Assembly (NCBI GenBank): GCA_002293965.1
Contig: DBEG01000100.1
Coordinates: 1 to 43,723, forward strand
Length of the DNA: 43,723 nt
Direction of reading: 5' to 3'
Source of the DNA: Actinobacteria bacterium UBA912
GTDB lineage: Bacteria > Actinomycetota > Coriobacteriia > Anaerosomatales > UBA912
Shown in pieces: positions 36,536-43,723 of this stretch (position 1 is the first letter of the stretch; each line of letters starts with the position of its first letter). A program made the position numbers and the translations under genes. Below the pieces are notes generated by a model that saw only the letters and a program-made list of their open reading frames with translations, was not told the origin of the DNA and did no database searches.

Positions 36536-37948
36536 ATGGATACCTACTTCATACGCACATTCGGTTGCCAGATGAATAAACACGATGCCGAGAGGGTCGC
36601 AGGACTCCTTGAAACGGAGGGTCTGGTCGCGGCATCCGATTTCGAAGCAGCGGGCGTGATCGTCTTCATGACCTGTTGTGTTCGCGATAATGCTGACACA
36701 AGGTTCTTCGGGCAGCTCTCCAGTCTGCGTGAACTCAAGGCCCGCAAACCGCAACTCCTTATCGCGGTCGGTGGGTGTATCGGGCAGCGGGATGGACTGG
36801 CGCTTGTCGATCGATTCGAACATGTCGACGTAGTCTTCGGCACGCACAATGTTGGCAGATTACCCGAGCTACTGGATAAGGCTTCAGTCTCAGCGAACCC
36901 TGTAGTTGAGCTTCTGCAGTCATCCGAAGACTTCGCCTCCGATCTTCCTGGCAGAAGAGAGCATCAGTATCATGCATGGATTCCCATCGCGACCGGCTGT
37001 GATAATCATTGCTCTTACTGCATAGTGCCTGCTGTTCGAGGAGGGGAGAAGTCGCGTAGCGAGTACTCCATTCTGAGCGAAATCGAGGGACTCCTGAGTG
37101 ATGGGGTTGTCGAGGTGACCTTGTTAGGCCAGAACGTGAATTCATGGGGTCGCGACCTTCACGGTACTCCGCGTTTCGATCTACTGCTCGATAAGATCGC
37201 GAAAACAGGCATACAGCGTGTTCGATTCACCACCAGCCATCCAAGGGATCTTTCCGATGCCACTATCGAGGTTATCGCTTCTCAAGACTCCATCTGCAAA
37301 GCCCTACACCTGCCGGTCCAGTCCGGGTCTGATCGGGTGCTTGGCGTCATGAACCGCGGATATACTTCCGGGCAATATCTAGATATCGTTCATCGGCTAT
37401 ATACGCGAATCCCAGGACTGGCACTTTCAACCGATATCATAGTCGGCTTCCCGGGTGAGACCGATGCTGATTTTCAGCATACCCTGGATCTCGCGGAACA
37501 GTGTCGTTTCGACCAGGCATTCACTTTCATGTATTCTCCACGCGAAGGCACGCCAGCGTACGCTATGGACAACCTACTTCCTCGTGAGCTGATGCAAGAG
37601 CGATTCGATGCCCTCATCCCCGTGATTCACGCGTCCGCTCTGACCAAGAACCAGGGACTGATCAACACCACTCAACGCGTCTTGATAGAAGGTCGATCCC
37701 GTCGCGATTCCTCGATGCTTTCTGGCAGGACGGAGGGCAATAAGGTGGTTCATGCCCCGCTTGCCGAGGGATCCATAATCGAGGACATGGCTGGAACCCT
37801 GGTTGATGTGCTGATCACAGAAGCCCGAACCTGGTATCTGTCGGGGGAGATGACCCCTTCTGGACTCTCGATTGGTTCAACTGAGCGCGTCCGACTCGAT
37901 AGCGCAGATGTCGATATCCGACTTGATGCGTCATTCGCTAGTCATTGA
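36536..37948 (+). CDS. miaB: tRNA-i6A37 methylthiotransferase
   Basis: FIRTFGCQMNKHDAE N-domain, radical-SAM CDNHCSYCIVP and a C-terminal TRAM domain. ATG 36536 is preferred by homology of the N-terminus; GTG 36518 is the alternative. Confidence 0.92.
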   Translation: MDTYFIRTFGCQMNKHDAERVAGLLETEGLVAASDFEAAGVIVFMTCCVRDNADTRFFGQLSSLRELKARKPQLLIAVGGCIGQRDGLALVDRFEHVDVVFGTHNVGRLPELLDKASVSANPVVELLQSSEDFASDLPGRREHQYHAWIPIATGCDNHCSYCIVPAVRGGEKSRSEYSILSEIEGLLSDGVVEVTLLGQNVNSWGRDLHGTPRFDLLLDKIAKTGIQRVRFTTSHPRDLSDATIEVIASQDSICKALHLPVQSGSDRVLGVMNRGYTSGQYLDIVHRLYTRIPGLALSTDIIVGFPGETDADFQHTLDLAEQCRFDQAFTFMYSPREGTPAYAMDNLLPRELMQERFDALIPVIHASALTKNQGLINTTQRVLIEGRSRRDSSMLSGRTEGNKVVHAPLAEGSIIEDMAGTLVDVLITEARTWYLSGEMTPSGLSIGSTERVRLDSADVDIRLDASFASH

Positions 37949-37954
37949 TCTGCA

Positions 37955-38899
37955 ATGCGGGATTCCGGACCTCATAGGGTTGTAGCTATCGTCGGCCCCA
38001 CCGGAGTTGGGAAGTCAGCTGTGGCGCATCGAGTAGCAACCGTCCTTGATGCCGAGATCGTTAGTGCCGACTCGATGCAGGTTTACCGGGGAATGGATAT
38101 CGGTACTGCCAAACCCCCACTCGATGACCGTATCCCGTATCACTGCATCGACCTTGTCGATCCTGGAACGCCATTCTCGGCAGCCGCCTACCAACAGCAT
38201 GCCCGAAAAGCGATCGAGGAAATCTCCAACAGAGGACGACTCCCGATCCTAGTCGGGGGGACCGGACTCTATATTCGTGCAGTTCTTGAAGATTTCCGAT
38301 TTGCGGTGGGGCGTATCGATTCACCGCTACGACTTACTCTCGAGGAAGAGGCTCGTTGCATCGGCTCTCAGGCCCTCCACGAACGCTTGCAGGCCATTGA
38401 TCCTCATTCTGCGAAGTTGATCCATCCAAACAACGTACGACGAGTTATCCGTGCCTTGGAGTTGGCCGCGGTCGGGGAGAGCTATTCGGAACGCTATGCC
38501 GATTTCGATACTCCCAAAGACATATATCAGACAATACGATTCGGGCTGTGGATGGAACGCGAGATGCTGTACTCAGCAATAGATGCCCGAGTCGAGAGGA
38601 TGCTCTCAGATGGTCTGATGGAGGAAGTTGGCTCACTTGTTGGTGCTGGGTATGCCGAGGCTCTTACTTCGATCCAAGCAATCGGCTACAAAGAGCTCAT
38701 TCCGGTCCTAGAGGGCAGAGCTGATCTCAAGACTGCCTCGGCTGAAGTTGCGCAGGCCACGAGACGATATGCCAAACGCCAGCTCTCATGGTTCGGAAGG
38801 GACAAGCGCATCCACTGGATCGACATGACCAATAGCGACGTGGATACATGTGCAGGGCAGATTGTCGCCGCGGTTGCTGATGAACGAAGTGTGCTGTAA
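37955..38899 (+). CDS. miaA: tRNA dimethylallyltransferase
   Basis: P-loop GPTGVGKSAVA, then SADSMQVYRGMDIGTAKP and VGGTGLY motifs. 314 aa. Confidence 0.93.
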   Translation: MRDSGPHRVVAIVGPTGVGKSAVAHRVATVLDAEIVSADSMQVYRGMDIGTAKPPLDDRIPYHCIDLVDPGTPFSAAAYQQHARKAIEEISNRGRLPILVGGTGLYIRAVLEDFRFAVGRIDSPLRLTLEEEARCIGSQALHERLQAIDPHSAKLIHPNNVRRVIRALELAAVGESYSERYADFDTPKDIYQTIRFGLWMEREMLYSAIDARVERMLSDGLMEEVGSLVGAGYAEALTSIQAIGYKELIPVLEGRADLKTASAEVAQATRRYAKRQLSWFGRDKRIHWIDMTNSDVDTCAGQIVAAVADERSVL

Positions 38900-38957
38900 T
38901 CTGCTCCAAACAGATGACTGCTCCGAGCAGACGTTGCCGGGATTCAAGGGGATCGAG

Positions 38958-39812
38958 ATGCTATTAGAGTTCACGAAGATGCATGGCCTTGGGAACGATT
39001 TCATCGTTGTCAACGACCTGGATGCCGTCCTGGAATTTCCTGCCGATCGTATCGCCGCTCTATGTGACCGGAACTTCGGCATTGGCGCTGATGGAATGAT
39101 CTTCGTTCGTCCTGCGACTGATTCGGGAGCGCACGCTTACATGCATTACTACAATGCAGACGGATCCCAGGCAGAGATGTGCGGGAACGGGATTCGTTGC
39201 TTCGCCAAGTATCTGGTCGATAACAGGTTGGTCTCACTCGAGACTCGCAGATTGTATGTCCAGACCATGGGTGGAGTTCGTTCGATCGATGTCCAGATCG
39301 ATGATTCCGGCATGATGTCAGCAGCTACTGTGGATATGGGTCAGCCAAGACTGGCGCCACAGGACATTCCCTCGACCTTTGCGGGCGATATAGTGTTTCA
39401 GCAGCCGGTCGAAACAACGAAGGGTATTTTTGATGTGACCGCAGTGTCGATGGGAAATCCGCATGCCGTCATCTGGGTGGATGACATCGACGCTGCTCCT
39501 GTGTTGACAGTAGGCCCACTGATTGAGGTCCACGAACGCTTCCCGGCCAAGATCAACGTTGAATTCGCGCAGATCATCAACCCCTCGCGCATACGGTTGC
39601 GCGTATGGGAGCGCGGGGTGGGTGAGACACAGGCTTGCGGAACCGGTGCCTGTGCCACTGCTGTGGCGGCCATCTTGGCTTCGGCCACAGATGAACGAGT
39701 GACCGTTGAGCTTCCCGGAGGAGAACTACTCATCGAGTGGCAACGCGGTGGCACTGTCTTCATGACCGGTCCAGCAACACATGTCTTCGAGGGCAAAGTA
39801 ACCATTGCCTGA
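38958..39812 (+). CDS. dapF: Diaminopimelate epimerase
   Basis: FTKMHGLGNDFIVV N-terminus and catalytic Cys motifs EMCGNGIRC and ACGTGACA. ATG 38958 has AAGGGGA upstream. The ORF-track start 38850 would overlap miaA and add non-homologous residues. Confidence 0.92.
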   Translation: MLLEFTKMHGLGNDFIVVNDLDAVLEFPADRIAALCDRNFGIGADGMIFVRPATDSGAHAYMHYYNADGSQAEMCGNGIRCFAKYLVDNRLVSLETRRLYVQTMGGVRSIDVQIDDSGMMSAATVDMGQPRLAPQDIPSTFAGDIVFQQPVETTKGIFDVTAVSMGNPHAVIWVDDIDAAPVLTVGPLIEVHERFPAKINVEFAQIINPSRIRLRVWERGVGETQACGTGACATAVAAILASATDERVTVELPGGELLIEWQRGGTVFMTGPATHVFEGKVTIA

Positions 39813-39928
39813 ATCCGAGGCACCACGGATGCAGTGCTCATAACTTCCTTGCTCAGCTGTTAGTTGCCCCACCAATAGGCTATTCTTAAGAACGGTCATA
39901 TCGGAACAGGAAAGAGGAACGAAACACA

Positions 39929-41086
39929 GTGAGAACAGCAGACCGCATCGCCAACCTACCGCCATATCTTTTCGCTGAGATCGATCGAAAGAAGGAAGAG
40001 AAGATCGCTCAAGGTATCGATGTCATCTCACTGGGAATAGGTGATCCTGATCTGCCCACGCCTCAAAACATCATTTCAGCGATGACCGAGGCGATTCAAG
40101 AGCCGTCCAACCACCAGTATCCCAGCTACTTCGGTGCGAAGCGGTATCGTCAGGCTTGCGCGGAATGGATGAGTCGTAGGTTCGGTGTCTCGGTAGACCC
40201 TGATACTGAAGTCTTAGCATTGATCGGTTCCAAAGAGGGCATAGCCCATGTGTTCATCGCTTATGTCGATCCAGGGGACGTCACTTTAGTCCCGGGATCA
40301 GGTTATCCGGTATACCACACTGGAGGCATTCTTGTGGGCGGCGAGAGCTGGTTCATGCCCATGACCGAGGAAAACGACTTCCTCGCTGACTTCGAGAGCT
40401 GCCCCCCGGAAGTCCTCAAGCGCGCCAAGATGATGTTCATCTCTTACCCCAACAATCCGACCTCGGCGATTGCGACTCCTGAGTACTTCGACAGAGCTAT
40501 TGCATTCGCCAAAGAGCATGATCTCTTGCTGATCCACGACAACGCCTACAGCGAACTAGGATTCGACGGCTATAAGCCTATCAGTATCCTTGAGCATCCT
40601 GGAGCCAAAGACGTTGCGATCGAATTCTTCAGTTGTTCGAAGTCGTACAATATGACCGGCTGGAGGATTGCATTCGCCGCAGGAAATGCCTCGGCAATCA
40701 AGGCGCTCGGTACCGTGAAGAGCAATATCGACTCTGGTGCCTTCACCGCTGTTCAGGATGCCGCTATCGAAGCCATGTTGGGCCCTCAAGATATCACAGA
40801 AGAGCTCTGTGCTGTCTACCAGAGACGTAGAGATATGGTGATGGACGCTCTTGCGGACGCTGGTCTCTCAGCCAGAATCCCCAAAGGAACCATCTATGTG
40901 TGGGTGAAGGTTCCGGATGGATACGATTCCGCTTCATTCGCAACCAAGGTCCTCGAAGAGGCGAACGTCATCGTCGCCCCCGGTAACGCATATGGCCCGA
41001 GCGGGGAGGGCTATGTCAGGATCTCTCTGGCGACGCCGGATGATCGCCTTGTCGAGGCGCTGGATCGCATCAAGAGCACACTCTGA
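39929..41086 (+). CDS. dapL: LL-diaminopimelate aminotransferase (DapL, short/type-2 form), a class I PLP aminotransferase
   Basis: N-terminus RIANLPPYLFAEIDRKKEE, typical of DapL. The PLP lysine region is SCSKSYNMTGWRIA. 385 aa, GTG start, adjacent to dapF. Confidence 0.75.
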   Translation: MRTADRIANLPPYLFAEIDRKKEEKIAQGIDVISLGIGDPDLPTPQNIISAMTEAIQEPSNHQYPSYFGAKRYRQACAEWMSRRFGVSVDPDTEVLALIGSKEGIAHVFIAYVDPGDVTLVPGSGYPVYHTGGILVGGESWFMPMTEENDFLADFESCPPEVLKRAKMMFISYPNNPTSAIATPEYFDRAIAFAKEHDLLLIHDNAYSELGFDGYKPISILEHPGAKDVAIEFFSCSKSYNMTGWRIAFAAGNASAIKALGTVKSNIDSGAFTAVQDAAIEAMLGPQDITEELCAVYQRRRDMVMDALADAGLSARIPKGTIYVWVKVPDGYDSASFATKVLEEANVIVAPGNAYGPSGEGYVRISLATPDDRLVEALDRIKSTL

Positions 41087-41097
41087 AAGGGAGCTGA

Positions 41098-42396
41098 ATG
41101 GGCGGGCGAATCAGGCCCCCTGAATGGGAGAGAGACGATCGAAGGCTGCGCGCCATCCTTGTTGGCGTCGACTCGGGCGATCGCGACTGGCCCGTCGAAG
41201 AGTCCCTAGCTGAACTCACAAGACTCGCCGAGACCTTTCACTGTGATGTCGTTGCCCAGACATTCCAGAGAATCGATAGGATCCGCGCTCACACACTCCT
41301 GGGTCCCGGCAAGATCGAGGAAGTAGTCGGACTAGCTAAGTCCTTTTCGGCAGACTTGGTGATCATTGATGGCGAGCTGACGCCTCGTCAAGATGCAGCA
41401 CTGGCCGATTCGTTCGGTGATGTTCGCGTTATGGACCGCACCGGTTTGATTCTGCAGATCTTCGGCGAACACGCAGTGAGCAAGGAAGGCAAACTCCAAG
41501 TCGAACTTGCGCAGCTCGAGTACCTTCTTCCGCGCTTGCGGGGCATGTGGGGGCACCTCGTCAAAGAGCGCTTGGGAGGGGGGCGGGGGGCGATCTTCGG
41601 TGCTGGTGAATCCCAGCTGGAGACCGACCGTCGCTTGGTCAGGAAGCGGATCTCTGTCGTTCGATCACAGCTTAAGCAGGTTGCCTCTTCACGCGCAACT
41701 CAACGAAATCAACGGAATGCAAGCGGCGTTTTCCGCATCGCGTTGGTTGGTTACACGAATGCCGGCAAGTCGACACTGATGAACGCTCTTACAGGTTCAG
41801 ATGTAACGGCTTACGACATGTTGTTTGCAACACTGGATTCCACCACCCGCAGACTCACCCTTCCTGACGGGAGAGCGGTCACTCTGACCGACACCGTCGG
41901 CTTCATCAACAAGTTGCCTCACGGCCTGGTGGAGGCATTCAAATCGACCCTGGATGAAGTCAGCGAGGCAGACTTGCTGTTGCATGTCATCGATGCTTCT
42001 CATCCGCAAGCCGTTGCACAGTGCAATGCGGTCCGCGGCGTCCTGGCAGATATCGGTGCAGACGATGTACTTCAGATTGAAGTCCTGAACAAGATCGACC
42101 AAACTCCTGAGGATCAATTGCACCGATTTATGAGAGATTTCGATGCCCCGGTTTGTACCTCGGGCTTGTCTCGGGCCGGACTGGATGTGTTGGTTGACAG
42201 GATCACTCATGAAGCGGCGAGAGCCAGTTGCGTTTTGAACCTGCTTGTTCCATACACGCGAGGCGACATAGTCATGTTGGCCTATGAGCAAGCTCATGTG
42301 ATTGCCGAAAGTCACACTGAAGGCGGTACTATCCTGAAGGTTCGAACTCCCGGCAGATTACTAGGAAAGTTCGAAGAGTTCGCCCAAGAACAGTAG
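41098..42396 (+). CDS. hflX: GTPase HflX
   Basis: HflX N-domain with a Gly-rich segment LGGGRGAIFGAGESQLETDRR. G domain motifs are GYTNAGKST, DTVGF and NKID. Confidence 0.93.
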   Translation: MGGRIRPPEWERDDRRLRAILVGVDSGDRDWPVEESLAELTRLAETFHCDVVAQTFQRIDRIRAHTLLGPGKIEEVVGLAKSFSADLVIIDGELTPRQDAALADSFGDVRVMDRTGLILQIFGEHAVSKEGKLQVELAQLEYLLPRLRGMWGHLVKERLGGGRGAIFGAGESQLETDRRLVRKRISVVRSQLKQVASSRATQRNQRNASGVFRIALVGYTNAGKSTLMNALTGSDVTAYDMLFATLDSTTRRLTLPDGRAVTLTDTVGFINKLPHGLVEAFKSTLDEVSEADLLLHVIDASHPQAVAQCNAVRGVLADIGADDVLQIEVLNKIDQTPEDQLHRFMRDFDAPVCTSGLSRAGLDVLVDRITHEAARASCVLNLLVPYTRGDIVMLAYEQAHVIAESHTEGGTILKVRTPGRLLGKFEEFAQEQ

Positions 42397-42422
42397 CGCT
42401 GAGGAACCAATGTCCTCGCGTG

Positions 42423-43049
42423 TCATTTTATCCTTCGATACAATCCGCTGACTACTCCGAGTATTGCCACGTCTTTGGAATAGATCGGTTCGAGCTGATG
42501 ATTCTCTGGTTGCAGTTTTACGGCATCCTCTTCGAGAAAGAAGCGCTTCACAGTCGCCTCACCGTCAAGTAGGGCAACCACGATATCCCCGTTGTTGGCG
42601 GTGTTCTGATGCCTGACAACAACATGATCACCATGCAGGATGCCAGCCTCGATCATTGAATCGCCCTGCACCTTGAGCACGAAAGCCGATTCAGAAGCTA
42701 GCTCGGCCGGCAAACTGATAGTGGCTTCGATGTTCTCTGCCGCCAGGATGGGCTGCCCGGCGGCCACCTTCCCAAGAATTGGAACCGCCAATACTTGGGC
42801 GTAATCGATGCCGCGTTCAGTGTCCCGATAGTCGAGAACCTCAAGTGCCCTGGGTTTCGAGGGATCGCGCTTGATATATCCCTTCTTCTCAAGTGCAACT
42901 AGGTGTGCGTGAACCGTAGAAGGAGAGGAAAGACCCACCGCTTGACCGATGTCGCGCACGCATGGGGGGAAACCTTTGCGGTGGACTTCGGAGCGAATGA
43001 AATCAAGGATTTGTTGTTGTCTTCGTGTGAGGCTACGAGTATAGGCCAT
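42423..43049 (-). CDS. lexA: LexA repressor
   Basis: N-terminal wHTH ([12 protein letters not shown]...[32 protein letters not shown]). The cleavage region is VAAGQP and the S24 catalytic motifs are GDSM and VKRF. GGGAGAG RBS. Confidence 0.95.
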   Translation of the reverse strand: MAYTRSLTRRQQQILDFIRSEVHRKGFPPCVRDIGQAVGLSSPSTVHAHLVALEKKGYIKRDPSKPRALEVLDYRDTERGIDYAQVLAVPILGKVAAGQPILAAENIEATISLPAELASESAFVLKVQGDSMIEAGILHGDHVVVRHQNTANNGDIVVALLDGEATVKRFFLEEDAVKLQPENHQLEPIYSKDVAILGVVSGLYRRIK

Positions 43050-43063
43050 AATCTCTCCCGATA

Positions 43064-43077
43064 CGAAAGTATGTTCG
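43064..43077. promoter_or_regulatory. LexA operator in the divergent lexA / TM-LysM intergenic region
   Basis: On the lexA strand it reads CGAACATACTTTCG, one mismatch to CGAAC-N4-GTTCG. It begins 15 nt upstream of the lexA start codon. Confidence 0.7.
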
Positions 43078-43081
43078 ATTC

Positions 43082-43110
43082 AGTGTAACCTATCCATCGA
43101 ACGACGGCAA
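43082..43110 (-). promoter_or_regulatory. Candidate lexA promoter
   Basis: On the minus strand: TTGCCG (43105-43110), a 17-nt spacer, then TACACT (43082-43087). The LexA box begins 5 nt downstream of the -10, so it would cover the transcription start. Confidence 0.4.
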
Positions 43111-43185
43111 ACCGCGAGAAGCAGGCGATGTCAGACCCTCAGGTTAGTGTTTGAGTCGTTGTAGGCGACTATGAAAGGTGTTCAT

Positions 43186-43524
43186 ATGGGGTCGGTTGCT
43201 AGATTTATTGATAAACGAGCCATGCGAGTGGGATGGGTCGGCAGCACAGTCGTCGATGGTGCACTAGCCGCTTTCATGGCTATGGTTGTCATTGCCTCAG
43301 GTTACCTGAGCCTGACAAGACACGATGTCTCTGTACCGCAGAACGCTAGAGTGGTGATCGCAACCCCCGGACAAGACCTATGGTCCTTAGCCGAGGCGCA
43401 TCCGGTTCTTGGATTGGATACTGCTCAGACAGTAGCTCTCATCCGATTATTGAACTCGAAGGCCGACTCAAGAGTCCAGATAGGAGAGGCGATCATCGTA
43501 CCTATATCAACACGAATGCACTGA
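43186..43524 (+). CDS. Small membrane-anchored LysM-domain protein; positional analogue of the SOS-induced division inhibitors YneA/ChiZ
   Basis: TM helix [22 protein letters not shown] is followed by a LysM-like segment [18 protein letters not shown]...LIRLLN...[10 protein letters not shown]. It is divergent from lexA and upstream of nrdR. ATG 43186 has AAAGGTG upstream; ATG 43171 is the alternative. Confidence 0.7.
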   Translation: MGSVARFIDKRAMRVGWVGSTVVDGALAAFMAMVVIASGYLSLTRHDVSVPQNARVVIATPGQDLWSLAEAHPVLGLDTAQTVALIRLLNSKADSRVQIGEAIIVPISTRMH

Positions 43525-43619
43525 TGGGTGGGTTGCCACCAAAGTTAAGTTACACCATTCACATTTCCCACCACATGTTGTATGTTATAGACTGCAAACG
43601 TCAACATCTAGGGGAAGCT

Positions 43620-43723
43620 ATGCGGTGTCCGTTCTGCTCTAATGAAGAAACCAAAGTTGTCGACTCTCGTGTCTCAGAGTCTGGCGAGGCAATACGACGC
43701 AGGCGTGAGTGCCTCGGGTGCTC
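43620..43723 (+). CDS. nrdR: Transcriptional repressor NrdR, 5' end only; continues beyond the window
   Basis: [34 protein letters not shown] is the NrdR zinc ribbon (CxxC...CxxC). AGGGGAAG RBS upstream. Confidence 0.85.
   Translation, partial: MRCPFCSNEETKVVDSRVSESGEAIRRRRECLGC

Noticed and set aside
41574-41590. G-rich tract GGGAGGGGGGCGGGGGG (G-quadruplex or homopolymer slippage candidate) in hflX.
   Set aside because: It encodes the conserved Gly-rich HflX segment (LGGGRGA). There are only three G-runs separated by single nucleotides, and there is no evidence of frameshift or phase variation.
42339-42350. GGTTCGAACTCC, resembling a tRNA T-arm/T-loop.
   Set aside because: It lies inside the hflX coding frame. 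The flanking sequence cannot form a T-stem, acceptor stem or anticodon arm.
43098-43111. Possible second LexA box CGAACGACGGCAAA in the lexA/LysM intergenic region.
   Set aside because: It is a half-site only (CGAAC) with no GTTC partner at N4 spacing. It overlaps the predicted lexA promoter spacer and -35, and is more simply explained as part of that promoter.
43541-43619. NrdR box (palindrome of the acaCwAtATaTwGtgt type) upstream of nrdR, around CCACATGTTGTATGTTATAG.
   Set aside because: The sequence is not palindromic and does not fit the NrdR-box consensus as I remember it. TGtTATAGA is more simply read as an extended -10 element.

Overview
This window is ordinary core genome from a moderately high-GC Gram-positive bacterium (GC judged by eye, not computed). 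I call 43 CDS, 42 of them on the + strand, and many are linked by 1-4 nt start/stop overlaps. In order they are: uppS(3' end)-cdsA-dxr-rseP-ispG-[small Rossmann ORF]-proS; rimP-nusA-ylxR-infB-rbfA-nrnA-truB-ribF; rpsO-pnp-M16 peptidase; dapB-lysC-dapA; rnj-uppP-ftsK-RodZ-like-yajQ-rimO-pgsA-cinA-thpR; recA; rny-[GHKL ATPase]-spoVS-[PHP esterase]-miaB-miaA-dapF-dapL-hflX; lexA (minus strand); a TM-LysM gene; nrdR(5' end). The order mixes a Bacillus-like backbone (uppS..proS, rimP..pnp, pgsA-cinA-recA-rny-..-spoVS..miaB) with a typically actinobacterial tail (miaB-miaA-dapF-hflX-lexA/LysM-nrdR). There is no polC between proS and rimP. My guess, not proven, is Actinomycetota of the Coriobacteriia type. 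I found no rRNA, tRNA, CRISPR array or mobile element. Regulatory signals I can read directly are a perfect Cheo-type LexA box inside a TTGACA promoter upstream of recA, and a one-mismatch LexA box between the divergent lexA and TM-LysM genes. There are also extended -10 promoters sharing the 10-mer TTGTGGTATC upstream of rimP and rpsO, and a 485-bp ORF-free spacer with a good promoter upstream of rny. The least ordinary part is the rny-linked trio: a MutL-N-like GHKL ATPase, SpoVS and a PHP phosphoesterase, sitting where Firmicutes carry ymdB-spoVS. A stand-alone 129-aa NAD(P)-binding domain between ispG and proS is also unassigned. All protein calls rest on motif recognition and synteny from memory, because no alignments or searches could be run. 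Start codons are the least certain coordinates.
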